The notes below the pieces were generated by a model. It saw only the letters and a program-made list of their open reading frames with translations, had not been told where the DNA came from and searched no databases. Source: a virus (taxonomy: Duplodnaviria > Caudoviricetes). Taken from it: a DNA stretch of 31,880 nt. The position numbers were made by a program, and so were the translations under genes. How positions within the stretch are numbered: the first letter of the stretch is position 1; every line of letters starts with the position of its first letter. Positions 14,581 through 23,994 of this stretch are shown piece after piece. The DNA lies in the IMG/VR virus record IMGVR_UViG_3300032257_000078, positions 1-31,880 of that record, one strand, 5' to 3'.

Positions 14581-15017
14581 TTCACCAACTCGGCGATCTC
14601 GTGGATGGCGCTCTGCTCTGGCGCGAAGATATCGCGTGCGTTACGAGGCCCGTCGATGATGATGTCTAAAAGGCCCATCATAGCGATGAAGCACGTGACT
14701 GCCGCAGCGACGTACCACGCAGTGGGGTCTGGGGCGTCGCTAGGCGAGAAGTAAGGGCCCGACTCTCTACCGGCCTTGATGGCTTTCGCGCGCTCGACCT
14801 CCACCAACCTGGCTGCGCATATGAATCTGTACGACGCGGCAGCCACGACGACCCCTACTACGGTGGACACCGCGAGTGACCCGATGGCCTCGATGCGGAT
14901 TCCGGCGACGTGCGCGTCCCAGACGCGCGGGGCTGCTGCGATGATGTGCTCCTCGATCCGGCCGACGCCGTCCGCCAGTGCGTTGACTGCTACCTGTACT
15001 GCGTCTGCGTTCTGCAT
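14577..15017 (-). CDS. Two-TM membrane protein
   Basis: APRVW motif, two hydrophobic helices, C-terminal FAPE; GGAG SD before ATG 15017. Confidence 0.75.
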   Translation of the reverse strand: MQNADAVQVAVNALADGVGRIEEHIIAAAPRVWDAHVAGIRIEAIGSLAVSTVVGVVVAAASYRFICAARLVEVERAKAIKAGRESGPYFSPSDAPDPTAWYVAAAVTCFIAMMGLLDIIIDGPRNARDIFAPEQSAIHEIAELVK

Positions 15018-15046
15018 GACTCGCTCCATATGGGAAATGTGCACGC

Positions 15047-15116
15047 ACCATCGGCGCGCACCGCGTGGCGGTCAAGCAGAATCGAAAGAACTTTGCAACC
15101 CGCCTTCTGGTAGCAT
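15047..15116. promoter_or_regulatory. Divergent promoter pair: leftward TTGACC-N17-GATGGT; rightward extended -10 TGG-TAGCAT
   Basis: Boxes at 15075-15070, 15052-15047 and 15108-15116; located at the strand switch. Confidence 0.6.
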
Positions 15117-15122
15117 CCCGGC

Positions 15123-15353
15123 ATGGGCGAAGACCCCGACTTCATCACCGGGCTGCTGCAGGGCGTTCAAACGATCGGCGGCTACACCGGGATCCCGGCT
15201 CTGGCTGCCGTGGCGGCCATCGCCCTGAAACTCCGCGGGGGGAGCCGGGCGGAGCCGAAGGTCGCCCGCCTGGAGCGACGCGTCGCCAGGCTGGAGGGCT
15301 GGCTCATGGCCCTTGGCCTCGAGCGTCTCCTGGAGGACCGCGATGAGTCGTAA
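15123..15353 (+). CDS. Small membrane protein with TM and coiled tail (holin-like candidate)
   Basis: GIPALAAVAAIALKL TM; adjacent to spanin-like gene; holin role is positional inference. Confidence 0.6.
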   Translation: MGEDPDFITGLLQGVQTIGGYTGIPALAAVAAIALKLRGGSRAEPKVARLERRVARLEGWLMALGLERLLEDRDES

Positions 15354-15723
15354 CCTGTTGCTGCTACTGGGTTTGTGCGGGTGCGGGGTGTCGTCCGCGT
15401 TCGACCGAACAGCCACCCCGACGACCGTGTTCATCGACCGCGGGGCCCCAGTCCCTCACGCCTTGGCCGACGGGACCGTCCTGGTCCTGCCGGGAGCCGA
15501 GGTGGTCGAGGTGGTTCAGCAGCAGGCCGGGCTCGAGACCGAGCGGATCACCGACGGGGCGGACTGGCTGCCGGGGGCCCTGGCTTCCCTCGCATTCCTC
15601 GCCCTCGCCGGCGCCTGGTGGTGGCACCGAAGCCGGACATCAGATGTCCCGGACGACGATGGCCCTCTGCCGCAGGTCCCTGCGCCGCGGCGTCAGAAGG
15701 GCCCGCGCACCGCAGAGAAGTAA
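15343..15723 (+). CDS. Lipoprotein with C-terminal TM; unimolecular spanin candidate
   Basis: GGAGG SD; MSRNLLLLLGLCG-C signal; C-terminal WLPGALASLAFLALAGAWWW followed by HRSR. Confidence 0.6.
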   Translation: MSRNLLLLLGLCGCGVSSAFDRTATPTTVFIDRGAPVPHALADGTVLVLPGAEVVEVVQQQAGLETERITDGADWLPGALASLAFLALAGAWWWHRSRTSDVPDDDGPLPQVPAPRRQKGPRTAEK

Positions 15724-15901
15724 GCAGACCCTGCACCCCGCGCGATTGCGAGATACAGGGTCTGTGGCGGTTGTCCAGGTGCGGGAGCGAGCCGTGGACG
15801 CGCGTAAGTCTATGCCTTGAACCGGCCTGCGTTCAAGTGGAGAATCCCTGGCAACCCGGCGAACGGCCGGATCCCACACACCAGCATCACGGAGCCAGAC
15901 A

Positions 15902-16327
15902 ATGGCCGTCTCCGGACCCGCTTCGTACAAGCACCAGATCATCACCGCCCACCTCGACGCGATCAGCAACTCCGCGACGAGCGCCTACCTTGTGGGCAGC
16001 GCCACCGGCGGCCCGACCCTGCCTGGCGGCCAGGGCGGACGGTTGCACAAGCTGTCCGCTGACGGCAACGTCGGCACCGCGGAAGCCTCGACCGACGTGG
16101 TCATCACGGTCTACAAGGGCGCCATGAACGCCGCGAACGAGGCCCTCGTGGTGACGCTCGACCTGGACTCCAGCGGGGACGTCCAGGGCACCAGCACGAC
16201 CGTCGTCGACAGCGGCATGGACGTCTTCGGGGCCAGCGACGAGCTGGTCATCCGGGCCACCAGCTCGGGCACGACCTACGCGCTGGCCGACCTCAACATC
16301 GCCCTCGAGTTCGCCGTCGCCTACTAG
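15902..16327 (+). CDS. Beta-rich putative virion protein (decoration-like)
   Basis: GGAG SD; S/T/G/A-rich; strong codon bias like the MCP gene. Confidence 0.75.
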   Translation: MAVSGPASYKHQIITAHLDAISNSATSAYLVGSATGGPTLPGGQGGRLHKLSADGNVGTAEASTDVVITVYKGAMNAANEALVVTLDLDSSGDVQGTSTTVVDSGMDVFGASDELVIRATSSGTTYALADLNIALEFAVAY

Positions 16328-16632
16328 TCGGCGGGGATGTTGGGGATGTCGTTGGCCGGGGCCAAGGCGGCAGCGCCGCGGGGCTCGAGCGGGGGAAGCT
16401 CCTCCAGCTCGCCCTCCGCCGGCATCCCCTCGTTCATGAAGACGGCCGGCGCCGTCCCGCTGGCGGACTTGGGTCTGATCGACAGCTTGACCGTCGTCGT
16501 CGGGCCGAGCGCCGTCGGCATCTCGAACGAAACCCCGCACTCACGGCACCGCAGCGAGAGGGCGACTTGCATGAGCCGATCGCCGCGACCAACCTCGGTG
16601 TAGGTGTCGATGACCTTGTGAGCACACTTCAT
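16324..16632 (-). CDS. Counter-oriented Zn-binding protein (CAH...CREC) with acidic Pro-rich tail
   Basis: Fills the gap exactly; GC3-rich codons on - strand. Confidence 0.65.
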   Translation of the reverse strand: MKCAHKVIDTYTEVGRGDRLMQVALSLRCRECGVSFEMPTALGPTTTVKLSIRPKSASGTAPAVFMNEGMPAEGELEELPPLEPRGAAALAPANDIPNIPAD

Positions 16633-17341
16633 GGCAGACCCCGGTGAGATAAGCGTCCCTGACGTGGTGGCGCCAAACTCCGCCGCCTCTCAGCTGCTGG
16701 CGCTGCAGAACGCCCTGCGCACCGCTGGCGACGTTGGCACCGGGGACATCATCCCGGAAGATGTGCGCAAGGTCCAGCCCGGCGCGGTCTACAGCAGCTA
16801 CGACGATGAGCTGATCGAGCGCGTGGTGTACGCCTTGGTGCACGCCGAGCTGGAGGCTGAGGAGTCCGGCGAGGCCGGCCTGACGTTCAGGAGCACCGAG
16901 AAGGCGCTGGAGGAGTGCGGCGTCCCGTTCGCGCAGTTCGTGCAGATGTCGGGCACGGACAGGTTCAAGAAGGCTCACCGCCGGGTCGCCCGCACGTTCT
17001 TCGTGGACCTGCGGTACGGGCGCATGATGAAGGCCGCCAGCAACGCGGCCATGAACGGCGACCAGCGGGCGCTGAAGATGGTGCTCGACGGCGACGAGGA
17101 GGAGACCGACGCAGTCAAGGCCAAGCTCGAGGAGGTCGAGGTCGGCGGCGAGCGGGCTTTCTACGCCACGGTGAACGAGTTGCGTGAGCGCCTCCGGCGG
17201 CTGACCGACCGGGTCGAGGTTCGCCAGGCCACCGATGAGCAGGTAGGGGCTGCTCGAGGCACTGCGTCAGAGCGCGAGTCTGAGGAGCGTGCGGTGGCTG
17301 ACGTCGACCACCGAGCCGCGACGCGAGGCGACCCCGGGTGA
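16631..17341 (+). CDS. Putative terminase small subunit
   Basis: Position; GTGA coupling to TerL; helical; no diagnostic motif. Confidence 0.5.
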   Translation: MADPGEISVPDVVAPNSAASQLLALQNALRTAGDVGTGDIIPEDVRKVQPGAVYSSYDDELIERVVYALVHAELEAEESGEAGLTFRSTEKALEECGVPFAQFVQMSGTDRFKKAHRRVARTFFVDLRYGRMMKAASNAAMNGDQRALKMVLDGDEEETDAVKAKLEEVEVGGERAFYATVNELRERLRRLTDRVEVRQATDEQVGAARGTASERESEERAVADVDHRAATRGDPG

Positions 17342-19077
17342 CCCAGACAGTTCAGCAGATTCGCGAGTTGGTCGAGTTGGAAGGCCTTGTGTCCGGGCTC
17401 GAGTCGATCAGCGCCAAGGACTGGATGCGCATCGACTACAGCCGCTACCTCTACGGCGGGTGGAAGCACCCCGATGGCCGGTGGATCGAGCGCGGCCACG
17501 TCAAGGCTCAGGCGTTCCACGAAGCGTGCAAGCAGTTCATGTGCCCGAAGTGCTGGGCTGTGATCGGCTACATGGGCACCTCGATGGACAACATCCTGCA
17601 CTGCAGGTCGTGTGACCTGGACGTCCCGCTGGTCGGGCCGGACGGCATCGCCGCTGGCGTCTACGACCTGTTGTTCATCAGCGGCGGAAACCAGAGCAGC
17701 AAGAGCTTCACGGGTATCACCGAGTTCTGCTCGTGGATCGAAGGTAGCCGGCCATGGGATGGGTCGCTGACCTGCACCGTCGATGAGCCCGGGCTCTGGC
17801 TGCTCTGCGGGCCAACCCACACCACGCACTTCCCGGACACGCTGAGCCCGTACTTTGAGGAGCGCCTGGCGCACCGGATCAAGCGCAGGCACAAGGACGC
17901 CAACGGGTCGATCAAGCGGTACGACCTGGACAACGGCGACCAAGTCGTGTGCGTGAGCTACGAGCAGTTCTTGCGCGCCGGCAAGCAGAGCACGGCGGCT
18001 GTCGAAGGCCCTCGCTACAAGGGCGCGTTCCTCGACGAGCCGCCGCCCGAGGGCATGTTCACAGGCATCATCCGCGGGCTGATGAAGTGGAAGGCGATGG
18101 GCTGGGGGCGGTGCATCATCGCGGCGACCGCACTGCACCACGAGTACCTGTTCAACCGCATCAAGGGGCAGAGCTGGAACGTCGGTGGCCCGAAGCGCAG
18201 CTACTTCAGCATCGAGTTCACCTACGAAGACAACCCATTCCTTGACGATCGCTCGCGCCGTTCACTTGAGGACGCCTGCTCGCCGGAGGAGCGCGAGGTC
18301 CGCCTGTTCGGCCGCAGCCGCTCGCTGAGTGGCCGTGTCTACTCGGCCTTCTCGCCCGAGACGCACACCTACAGCCAGCAGGAGTTCGACCCGCTCGTCG
18401 ACGAGAATGGTGATCCCAGCGACTGGCCGGTGACCATGGCGTGCGACCCGCACGACGTGCGCCCGTTCGCGATGTCGTGGTGCGCGACGGCTCCCAACGG
18501 CGACAAGTTCTACTTCGCCAACTGGCCGGAAGAGCACTACCAGGACATGCGTCGGTCCACGCTTTCGTTCACGGACTACGCCGACATCATCAGGGAGATC
18601 GAGGAGCGCATCCCCGGCGGCCCAGACCGCGTCACCGAGCGCTTCCTTGACCCGAAGTTCGGGCGCACCAAGAAGGCCGGCATGGTGGTCGAGTCGGTGG
18701 AGGCAGCGTTCGACGATCTCGGCCTGTACTTCACCACGGACTTCAACCCCGATGTCGCCACCGGGCACGCCGTTGTCCGCGAGGGGCTGCGCATTGACAC
18801 GACCCGCCCGGTCGACGCCATCAACCGGCCGAAGATCTGGGTCAGTCGTGACTGCCAGAACATCATCTGGTCGCTGATGAACTACACGCGCAAGCCCGAC
18901 GCCGACCCGTCCGCTGCGCCGAGCGCGCAGGTTCAGGACGCTGGCAAGGACTTCTGCGACACAGTACGCTTCATCGAGGTGGCCAGCGTTGGCTACCAGT
19001 CCTGGACGGCCAGGCCGGCACGCACACATCAACGCTTCGCGGCACGCAAGTCGTGGGGCTCATTCTGGGGCAAGTGA
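17338..19077 (+). CDS. terL: Terminase large subunit
   Basis: Walker A-like GGNQSSKS, Walker B AFLDEPP, coupling motif AAT, DNPFL, RNase-H-like ACDPH, FLDP, KDFCDTVRF. Confidence 0.95.
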   Translation: MTQTVQQIRELVELEGLVSGLESISAKDWMRIDYSRYLYGGWKHPDGRWIERGHVKAQAFHEACKQFMCPKCWAVIGYMGTSMDNILHCRSCDLDVPLVGPDGIAAGVYDLLFISGGNQSSKSFTGITEFCSWIEGSRPWDGSLTCTVDEPGLWLLCGPTHTTHFPDTLSPYFEERLAHRIKRRHKDANGSIKRYDLDNGDQVVCVSYEQFLRAGKQSTAAVEGPRYKGAFLDEPPPEGMFTGIIRGLMKWKAMGWGRCIIAATALHHEYLFNRIKGQSWNVGGPKRSYFSIEFTYEDNPFLDDRSRRSLEDACSPEEREVRLFGRSRSLSGRVYSAFSPETHTYSQQEFDPLVDENGDPSDWPVTMACDPHDVRPFAMSWCATAPNGDKFYFANWPEEHYQDMRRSTLSFTDYADIIREIEERIPGGPDRVTERFLDPKFGRTKKAGMVVESVEAAFDDLGLYFTTDFNPDVATGHAVVREGLRIDTTRPVDAINRPKIWVSRDCQNIIWSLMNYTRKPDADPSAAPSAQVQDAGKDFCDTVRFIEVASVGYQSWTARPARTHQRFAARKSWGSFWGK

Positions 19078-21311
19078 TGGTACGCAAGAGTCCGGTCGCC
19101 AGCAGTCAGTTCGATCTGGAGGTCCACGGCAAGCAGACGTTCGTGGGAGAGTTGACGGCCCGCGGCGAGCAGGACTGGATGTCTCTGCAGCCGCTGCGCC
19201 GGAAGATGGCTGAGCTGTACCGGGAGGCGTACCTGCTCAACGACGAGGAGGTGACGGTCCCGTGGGCGGGCGCGTGCAACATCCAGATTCCCACGCAGGA
19301 CAAGTACAAGACGCGCATGCGCGGGCCGCTCCGGTCACTGTTCGGATTCGGGTCTCCGCAGCATGTCCAGGTCCGGCCGGGGGCTGGAGACAGCTCGGTC
19401 GAGCGCGCCGCCAACCTCGAGATGCGCATCAACTCGGTGCTGCGCGGTGACTTCGCGGTCTACTCCCAGGATGACTTCAGCACGCAGGCGAACTTTGTTG
19501 TTGAGAGCCTGTTGCAGCACGGCTTCGGCTTCCTGTCTCCGGGCTACCGCTACTCGACTGAGGTGGGCTCCCGGCAGATCCGTCAGCGCGACCTCCCTGG
19601 TGTCCTGCAGTACCTGTCGTTCATCGATGCCGGAGTGAACCGCGAGCGCCACGCCGCGGCGCTGGAGGCCGCTGGCATCAACCCGAACCCCGAGGCTGTG
19701 ACGGCGTTGTTCGGTGGCGAGCCCATCAACCCGGTCACGCCGGAGGTCTTCGACAAGCACCGCAGCACGTTCAAGCAGATGGTCGCCGAGGGCTTCGATC
19801 TGGACGGTGACGACGACCTGGAGAGCGCTGCCTGCGACGAGATCATGACCTGGATGCGTGGTGGCGCGAAGGGCGAGTTGGTGGTGCTCACGCGCTACGT
19901 CACGCATGACCACCCGGAGCTGCGCTACGTCGAGCCACACCGCCTGATCGCTCCGGGCCGGGCGGACACGGCGCCCAGCGTCGCCAGTGCCGACAGGCTG
20001 TTCGAGATCATGCCGATGACCGAAGGGCGGCTGCGCTCCTTCGGGTACGACATGGGGTGGGAGAGGGCGTCGATCGACAAGGCCGCCGGCGCCATCGGCG
20101 ATGGCTCTGCTTTCGGCGAGTCGGACGACGAGTTCAAGATGGAGATGCTCGACCGCTCCGGCGAGATCAACCTCATCTCCGAGCAAACGCTCGAAGGTGA
20201 GGTCGTCGAGATCGTGCGCAGTCTACGCGAGGTGAAGCACCGCGGCGCGCACGTCAAGGTCGAGACGTACTTCGAGCCCCGCTCCGGCGCCCTGCTGTCG
20301 CACCGCTTGCTGCCGTTCAACCTGCCTGGCTGGAACTACGTCAGGTTCAGCTTCGAGGAAAACGAGCCCGGCATCTACTCGCCGCGCGGACTCCCCGAGG
20401 TGATCCAGGAGCCGGCGAGGTACATCACCGCGGCGCACCGCTCGGCGATGAACGGCATGATCGTGTCTACGACCCGCGGGTACTTCTTCGACAGCCGTCT
20501 CGGGATCGACGAGCACGACCCGTTCTGGGGGCCGAATGTCATCCGCAACGTGGACCTCAAGAAGTCGCGCCTAGGGATGACGGAGGCCATCCGCGAGATC
20601 GCCCCGGTGCCAGGCGCTGCGCAGGAGTGGCGCGGCGAGGAGTTCTTCCTCTCGGCCATGGTTGATGACCACGTCGGCGAGAACAGCGCGATTACCCGAG
20701 ACTCCAGGCTGCTCGAGCCCATCACCGCGTCGGAGAACGCCTCGCGCGACCGTCGCACGGCTCAGGTCCAGTCCACTCGCGGCGGACTCCTCGTCGACTC
20801 GTTCGCCCGGGCTCTGACCATGATGGCTGCCTACGATCAGCAGTTCATGGGTGATCGGGCGCCGGTGATGCTGAACGGCAACGCGCGCTGGCTTACGCCC
20901 GACGACATCAGGGGCAGCGTGCTCGTGCGCCCGTCCGCCGGCGTCGGAGACATGAGCCCGGAGTTTCGTGCGAGCAAGGCGTTCAACCGCCTGTCCGTCG
21001 CGACGCAGTTGGTGGCGCAGGTGCCCGATTTGGCCACCGACAGTGAGTACCGGGTCAACACCATGGCGCTCTTCGAGGAGTGGCTGCGCGAGGACGACCC
21101 GGAGGCAGCCGCTCGCTTCCTGCAGCGCCGTTCGCCGGAGGAGCAGCAGCAACTCGCAGAACAGATGAGCCAGCAGGCCGAGGCCGCACAGGCCGGGCAG
21201 GAGTTGGCGACTCAGGCAGCTCAGCTGGACAACGAGAAGACCATGGCCGAGATCGAGAAACTGCGCGCCGACGCGATGGCGTCGCTGGAGGGCGGCAATG
21301 CGACTGCGTGA
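19077..21311 (+). CDS. Portal protein, P22-like with Q/A-rich C-terminal barrel
   Basis: Follows TerL; PWAGACNI, LLQHGFGF, YSPRGLPE, ITASE motifs; ~744 aa. Confidence 0.88.
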   Translation: MVRKSPVASSQFDLEVHGKQTFVGELTARGEQDWMSLQPLRRKMAELYREAYLLNDEEVTVPWAGACNIQIPTQDKYKTRMRGPLRSLFGFGSPQHVQVRPGAGDSSVERAANLEMRINSVLRGDFAVYSQDDFSTQANFVVESLLQHGFGFLSPGYRYSTEVGSRQIRQRDLPGVLQYLSFIDAGVNRERHAAALEAAGINPNPEAVTALFGGEPINPVTPEVFDKHRSTFKQMVAEGFDLDGDDDLESAACDEIMTWMRGGAKGELVVLTRYVTHDHPELRYVEPHRLIAPGRADTAPSVASADRLFEIMPMTEGRLRSFGYDMGWERASIDKAAGAIGDGSAFGESDDEFKMEMLDRSGEINLISEQTLEGEVVEIVRSLREVKHRGAHVKVETYFEPRSGALLSHRLLPFNLPGWNYVRFSFEENEPGIYSPRGLPEVIQEPARYITAAHRSAMNGMIVSTTRGYFFDSRLGIDEHDPFWGPNVIRNVDLKKSRLGMTEAIREIAPVPGAAQEWRGEEFFLSAMVDDHVGENSAITRDSRLLEPITASENASRDRRTAQVQSTRGGLLVDSFARALTMMAAYDQQFMGDRAPVMLNGNARWLTPDDIRGSVLVRPSAGVGDMSPEFRASKAFNRLSVATQLVAQVPDLATDSEYRVNTMALFEEWLREDDPEAAARFLQRRSPEEQQQLAEQMSQQAEAAQAGQELATQAAQLDNEKTMAEIEKLRADAMASLEGGNATA

Positions 21312-21741
21312 GAAGCTCGCTCGAGCCTGGATGGCCTTCCGCGGCAAGCAGCCGATGTGGACGCCGGCGAAGGACCGCATGGATCGTGGCGCGTTCTTCA
21401 CCCGCCCGCCTGTCGGTGACGACTGGATCGCTCATAACACCTTGCTGGCAAAGGAGTTGAGCGCTGGCCGTGGCACCGGAGTTGTGCTGGCGCTGCTCGA
21501 CTTCACGGAGTCCCAACGGCTCTCCGCGCTGGAGGCCATGGCGGAGTCGTCCGACGAAACCTCGTGCCTGCGTAGGCGCGACCTGTACCGAGCGTGGGAT
21601 CTTGTGCTCTCGCAACTTTCCGATGCCCTGACGTTTGAGGATAAGTTGATGTCCAAAGAGCGGCAACGTGTGCGGATGACAGTGGAAAAGGAGCGATCCC
21701 AGGAGATCAGAGCGGCCGGGAGAAGCGACATCCTGGGTTGA
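21298..21741 (+). CDS. Hypothetical protein between portal and scaffold
   Basis: GGAGG SD; typical podovirus position. Confidence 0.7.
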   Translation: MRLREKLARAWMAFRGKQPMWTPAKDRMDRGAFFTRPPVGDDWIAHNTLLAKELSAGRGTGVVLALLDFTESQRLSALEAMAESSDETSCLRRRDLYRAWDLVLSQLSDALTFEDKLMSKERQRVRMTVEKERSQEIRAAGRSDILG

Positions 21742-21772
21742 ACCGCCGTAAGTCGTTGGGTAGGAAGTGTCT

Positions 21773-22612
21773 ATGAGCGATCAACAGAGCCCGATGGTGA
21801 CAGACGACGGCCTCGACACGGGGCCGGCCCCCGAGGGGATGAACCTCGACCCGAGCGTCTGGGACGCCATCCCGTCCGCAGCCCGCGCGACCATCCGCGC
21901 CCAGCACGCCGCTAGCGTGGAGACGGCGCAGGAGCTGCAGGCCATCCGGCAGCAGATGAGCACCGCGCCGCAGCAGTCGGCGCAGCCAGCGCAGGAGCCG
22001 ACGGGCAGCCCGCGCTCGCTCTCGGATCTGCCGGGCGAGGAGTTGGACCGCCTCGGCGGCCAGGTCTTCGGCCGCGTGATCGATCAGATCACCGCCGGCC
22101 TCGACGACGAGCAGCGCGAGTCATGGAAGGCCATCAACGGCAACGCCGTGTGGGGCCTGATCGACAGCAAGGTCAGCGCCGCCGTCACCGCGGCTCGCTC
22201 CGAGATGCAGAACGAATCACAGCGCCAACGCGCTGACGATGCCGCGTGGGGCGCACTGGAGACAGCGCTGCCCGGTGCGACGCAGAACGGCACCGCCTCG
22301 AACCAAGCTCTGCGCGAACACATGAACAGTGTCGCCGCGGACATGGAGCGCGCGGGCCGAAGCCGGGACGCCATCGAGGCGCACCTGGCGGACCCCTTCA
22401 ACGTGAGCCAGATGGCCCGCGTTGTGCAGGCCGAGCAGTTGGCGGCCAGGGGCCCATCAACGCGAAGCGGACCGACGGTGGGCGACGAGCGCGGTGAAGG
22501 CCCGCGTGCGACGGCGACCGACCGGGCCCGCGCCCTCCATCGGGATGGGCGGCCAAAGGAGTCGTGGGACACCATGCTTGCCGGCCATGTGAGCCGGCCC
22601 TCACGTTCCTGA
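21773..22612 (+). CDS. Capsid scaffolding protein
   Basis: Position before MCP; acidic N-terminus, helical core, flexible basic C-terminus. Confidence 0.75.
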   Translation: MSDQQSPMVTDDGLDTGPAPEGMNLDPSVWDAIPSAARATIRAQHAASVETAQELQAIRQQMSTAPQQSAQPAQEPTGSPRSLSDLPGEELDRLGGQVFGRVIDQITAGLDDEQRESWKAINGNAVWGLIDSKVSAAVTAARSEMQNESQRQRADDAAWGALETALPGATQNGTASNQALREHMNSVAADMERAGRSRDAIEAHLADPFNVSQMARVVQAEQLAARGPSTRSGPTVGDERGEGPRATATDRARALHRDGRPKESWDTMLAGHVSRPSRS

Positions 22613-22638
22613 CTGTTCACTGAACCGGAGTACCACCG

Positions 22639-23595
22639 ATGGCTGCCCCTTACGGCACCTCGTTCGACTTCGGCGGGACCGTCGCGAGCAACGCGGCCGG
22701 CTACGACACCGGCACCCGCGTGCTGGACATGATGCCTGGCATCACGCTCCTGGACCCCGCCAAGACCCCGCTGCTCAGCATGCTGAACCGCGGAGCACCC
22801 CTGCTCAAGACGAGCACCCCCAACTGGCTGAACGACTCGCTCGACGCGATCGGCGACAACGCCATCTCGGAGGGTGCTGACTACACGTTCACCGACCCGA
22901 GCATCTCGACGCGCACACAGAACGTGTGCCGGACCATCGAGAAGACCGCCAAGGTCAGCACGGTCACCGAGGCCGAGCAGCACTACGACGGCGGCAGCAA
23001 CACCATGAGCGAGCGCCAGCACCAGCTGAAGCTCAAGTTCATGGCGTTGAAGCGCGACGTCGAGTGGGCGCTCATCAACTCCGAGATCGCCTACACCAGC
23101 GAGGCTTCGGCCCCCAAGAACCGCGGCATCATCGAGGCGATGGACGACGCGAGCCACAAGATCGACGCCTCCGCGGCCAACCTGTCCGAGACGCTGTTCA
23201 AGGACAACATCATGAAGCTGCCCTACGACGACGGGGCAGAGGTCACGGACGTGTTCGCGCCGTACAGTCAGCACGTCGACATCGACGGGTTCACGGCCGG
23301 CATCGGCACCAAGTACATCGACAGCAACCAGCGCGAGCACATCGACTACGTCAACGTGTACGACACGCTGCTGGGTCGGGTGCAACTGCATGTGCTGCGC
23401 GACGAGTACATGCCGGACACCGAGACCATCTTCGGCTTCGACCGTCAGTTCTGGGAGTGGGCCTGGCTGATCCCGGTTCACGCCCGTGAGGTCTCTCCGA
23501 CGGGCCACTACTGGGCCAACGTCATCACCGGCACCGGCACGCTGATCCACCGCAACGGCAAGGCCGGCGCCTGCCTGCACAACCTCGCTGCCTGA
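22639..23595 (+). CDS. Major capsid protein, SU10/DUF5309 type
   Basis: TPLLSM, WLNDSL, EGAD, RTQNVCRTIEKTAKVS, LKRDVEWALI, VNVYDTLLG; GGAG SD. Confidence 0.92.
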   Translation: MAAPYGTSFDFGGTVASNAAGYDTGTRVLDMMPGITLLDPAKTPLLSMLNRGAPLLKTSTPNWLNDSLDAIGDNAISEGADYTFTDPSISTRTQNVCRTIEKTAKVSTVTEAEQHYDGGSNTMSERQHQLKLKFMALKRDVEWALINSEIAYTSEASAPKNRGIIEAMDDASHKIDASAANLSETLFKDNIMKLPYDDGAEVTDVFAPYSQHVDIDGFTAGIGTKYIDSNQREHIDYVNVYDTLLGRVQLHVLRDEYMPDTETIFGFDRQFWEWAWLIPVHAREVSPTGHYWANVITGTGTLIHRNGKAGACLHNLAA

Positions 23596-23604
23596 CGTGA
23601 CGCC

Positions 23605-23994
23605 ATGACCCGCTCCGGGCTGCTCATCATCTCCAGCGACTGGTTGCGCGAGGAAGTGCGCAAGGCGGTTGAGGTGTGGAAGAAGATGAATCCGGGCATC
23701 CTGGAGCGGGTCAAGGCGGACGTGAAGCAGAGCCGCGAGTCGCAACTGCGCCCAACGGGCATGAGCGACTCCGGTGACTTGTCGCTGTCCGCGCGCATTC
23801 CGTCTGACCTGCTCGAGATTCTCAAGTGGGATCCCGAGCAGGTCATGCCGGATGGCAGCAAACTAGGGGTCGGCATCGGCGTCGACCACGTTCGCGAGCA
23901 CGAGCACGACATCACGGACCTCATCCTTCGGGAGTGCCCGGAGTTCAAGGTCAGCACGCTCTACGGAGCGCCGAGCGCGAGGGGCTGGTCATGA
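23605..23994 (+). CDS. Hypothetical protein
   Basis: ORF track; SARIP...ECPEFKV. Confidence 0.75.
   Translation: MTRSGLLIISSDWLREEVRKAVEVWKKMNPGILERVKADVKQSRESQLRPTGMSDSGDLSLSARIPSDLLEILKWDPEQVMPDGSKLGVGIGVDHVREHEHDITDLILRECPEFKVSTLYGAPSARGWS

Noticed and set aside
22084-23745. Long minus-strand ORF (553 aa) and similar antisense ORFs across 17-31 kb
   Set aside because: Shadow frames of GC3-biased structural genes; no motifs or SDs
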